Shown here piece after piece: positions 63,235 to 64,000 of a DNA stretch of 64,000 nt. Location: IMG/VR virus record IMGVR_UViG_3300026493_000002. One strand, written 5' to 3'. Each line of letters begins with the position of its first letter. Positions within the stretch are counted from its first letter, which is position 1. The translations under genes were made by a program, and so were the position numbers. The stretch is from a virus (lineage: Duplodnaviria > Caudoviricetes). The notes under the pieces are model-generated. The model worked only from the letters and a program-made list of their open reading frames with translations, ran no database searches and had not been told where the DNA came from.

Positions 63235-63367
63235 GATACCACAGAGGTACGTGATACCACTGCCTCTTCAAAGGATTCTCCACGGTGCGCAAACTCGCTA
63301 GGCGCGCCGGGGTTAATACCAGCAACACCAACCCTGTTAATCAACATATCACTCTGGAGTATTGGAA

Positions 63368-63988
63368 ATGGCTGACAAAAAGAAGAAGAAGCTGGACAAG
63401 GGCATCAAGAACAAGAAGTCCAGCCTGATCGAGAAGTCGAAGGCCGGCCGCGAAGAAAAGATCGACAAGGCCGCGAAGAAGAAGGGCAAGAAGGTCAAGG
63501 AACCGAAGGCGACCAAGCCCGAGAAGAAGCTCAAGAAGGGCGCCAAGCCGGAAAAGGCCGGCAAGGTCAACAAGAAGTCGAAGGGTGACAAGCCCGCGAA
63601 GAAGGCGAAGAAGATCATCGCCAACGAAGCGAAGCCCGTCAAGACCAAGCTGACCCGTGCTGGCACGCTGGAAGCGATCATCGCCGGCGCCGACCTGCAG
63701 GAAGTCCTGGGCAAGAAGATCGAAATCTCCGAGCGCCAGGAAAAGAAGATCGTCAAGGCCGTGATGGAAAGCCTGGAGAACCAGATCCTGGGTTCGATCC
63801 ACAAGAACGGCATCGGCACCTTCACCTTCGGCAACCTGTTCAAGATCGTCACCAAGAAGGTCGACGCCAAGCCGCGTCGCAAGGGCATCAACCCCTTCAC
63901 CAAGGAAGAGCAGTGGTTCGAGGCCAAGCCGGCCACGGTCCGCGTCAAGGCTCGCCCGATGAAGCGCCTCAAGGACGCCGCCCTGTAA
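63368..63988 (+). CDS. HU/IHF-family DNA-binding protein with long Lys-rich N-terminal extension
   Basis: FTFGNLFKIVTKK...RKGINPFTKEEQWFEAKPA.VRVKARPMKRLKDA; GGAG RBS. Confidence 0.88.
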   Translation: MADKKKKKLDKGIKNKKSSLIEKSKAGREEKIDKAAKKKGKKVKEPKATKPEKKLKKGAKPEKAGKVNKKSKGDKPAKKAKKIIANEAKPVKTKLTRAGTLEAIIAGADLQEVLGKKIEISERQEKKIVKAVMESLENQILGSIHKNGIGTFTFGNLFKIVTKKVDAKPRRKGINPFTKEEQWFEAKPATVRVKARPMKRLKDAAL

Positions 63989-64000
63989 TCGCAGAGCGCC

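Noticed and set aside
1-64000. Prophage, integrase or transposon features; restriction-site avoidance
   Set aside because: No recombinase or transposase motifs seen; k-mer avoidance needs computed observed/expected counts that I cannot run.

Overview
A 64 kb segment of a large, GC-rich (about 60% by eye) lytic dsDNA phage genome, probably a jumbo myophage of a proteobacterial host (host and family are inference). About 105 densely packed genes lie on the + strand; the long - strand ORFs are shadows. 1-11.4 kb is a replication block: family A DNA polymerase, a QueE-like protein lacking its Fe-S motif, a beta-clamp-like protein, a UvsY-like/UvsW-like pair and a degenerate DnaC-like protein. 11.4-17.2 kb is a coupled operon of ParB-like protein, glutaminase-less asparagine-synthetase-like ligase, GNAT, arginase, C5-cytosine methyltransferase, DUF1611-like protein and CmoA. 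The methyltransferase has Arg in place of the conserved motif X Asn. This points to DNA cytosine carboxymethylation with further amide/acyl hypermodification and is the strongest candidate for a new system. 19.8-20.7 kb is a ~900 bp non-coding island full of local and long-range helices and two tRNA-like elements, a candidate large structured ncRNA. 20.7-32.5 kb holds accessory genes (DenV-like glycosylase, RNase H-like, SLOG, prepilin-like, sheath-N-terminal-like fragments). 32.5-63.2 kb is an early-type region of small unknown genes with three near-identical sigma70 promoter cassettes. An HU-like gene ends the window. Three recurrent non-coding motifs are visible: CTGTAAA, TTCGGGTTTG/CAAACCCGAA and AAACTACAA. 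I found no canonical tRNA, CRISPR array, integrase or transposase. All family assignments come from motif recognition by eye, not database searches.
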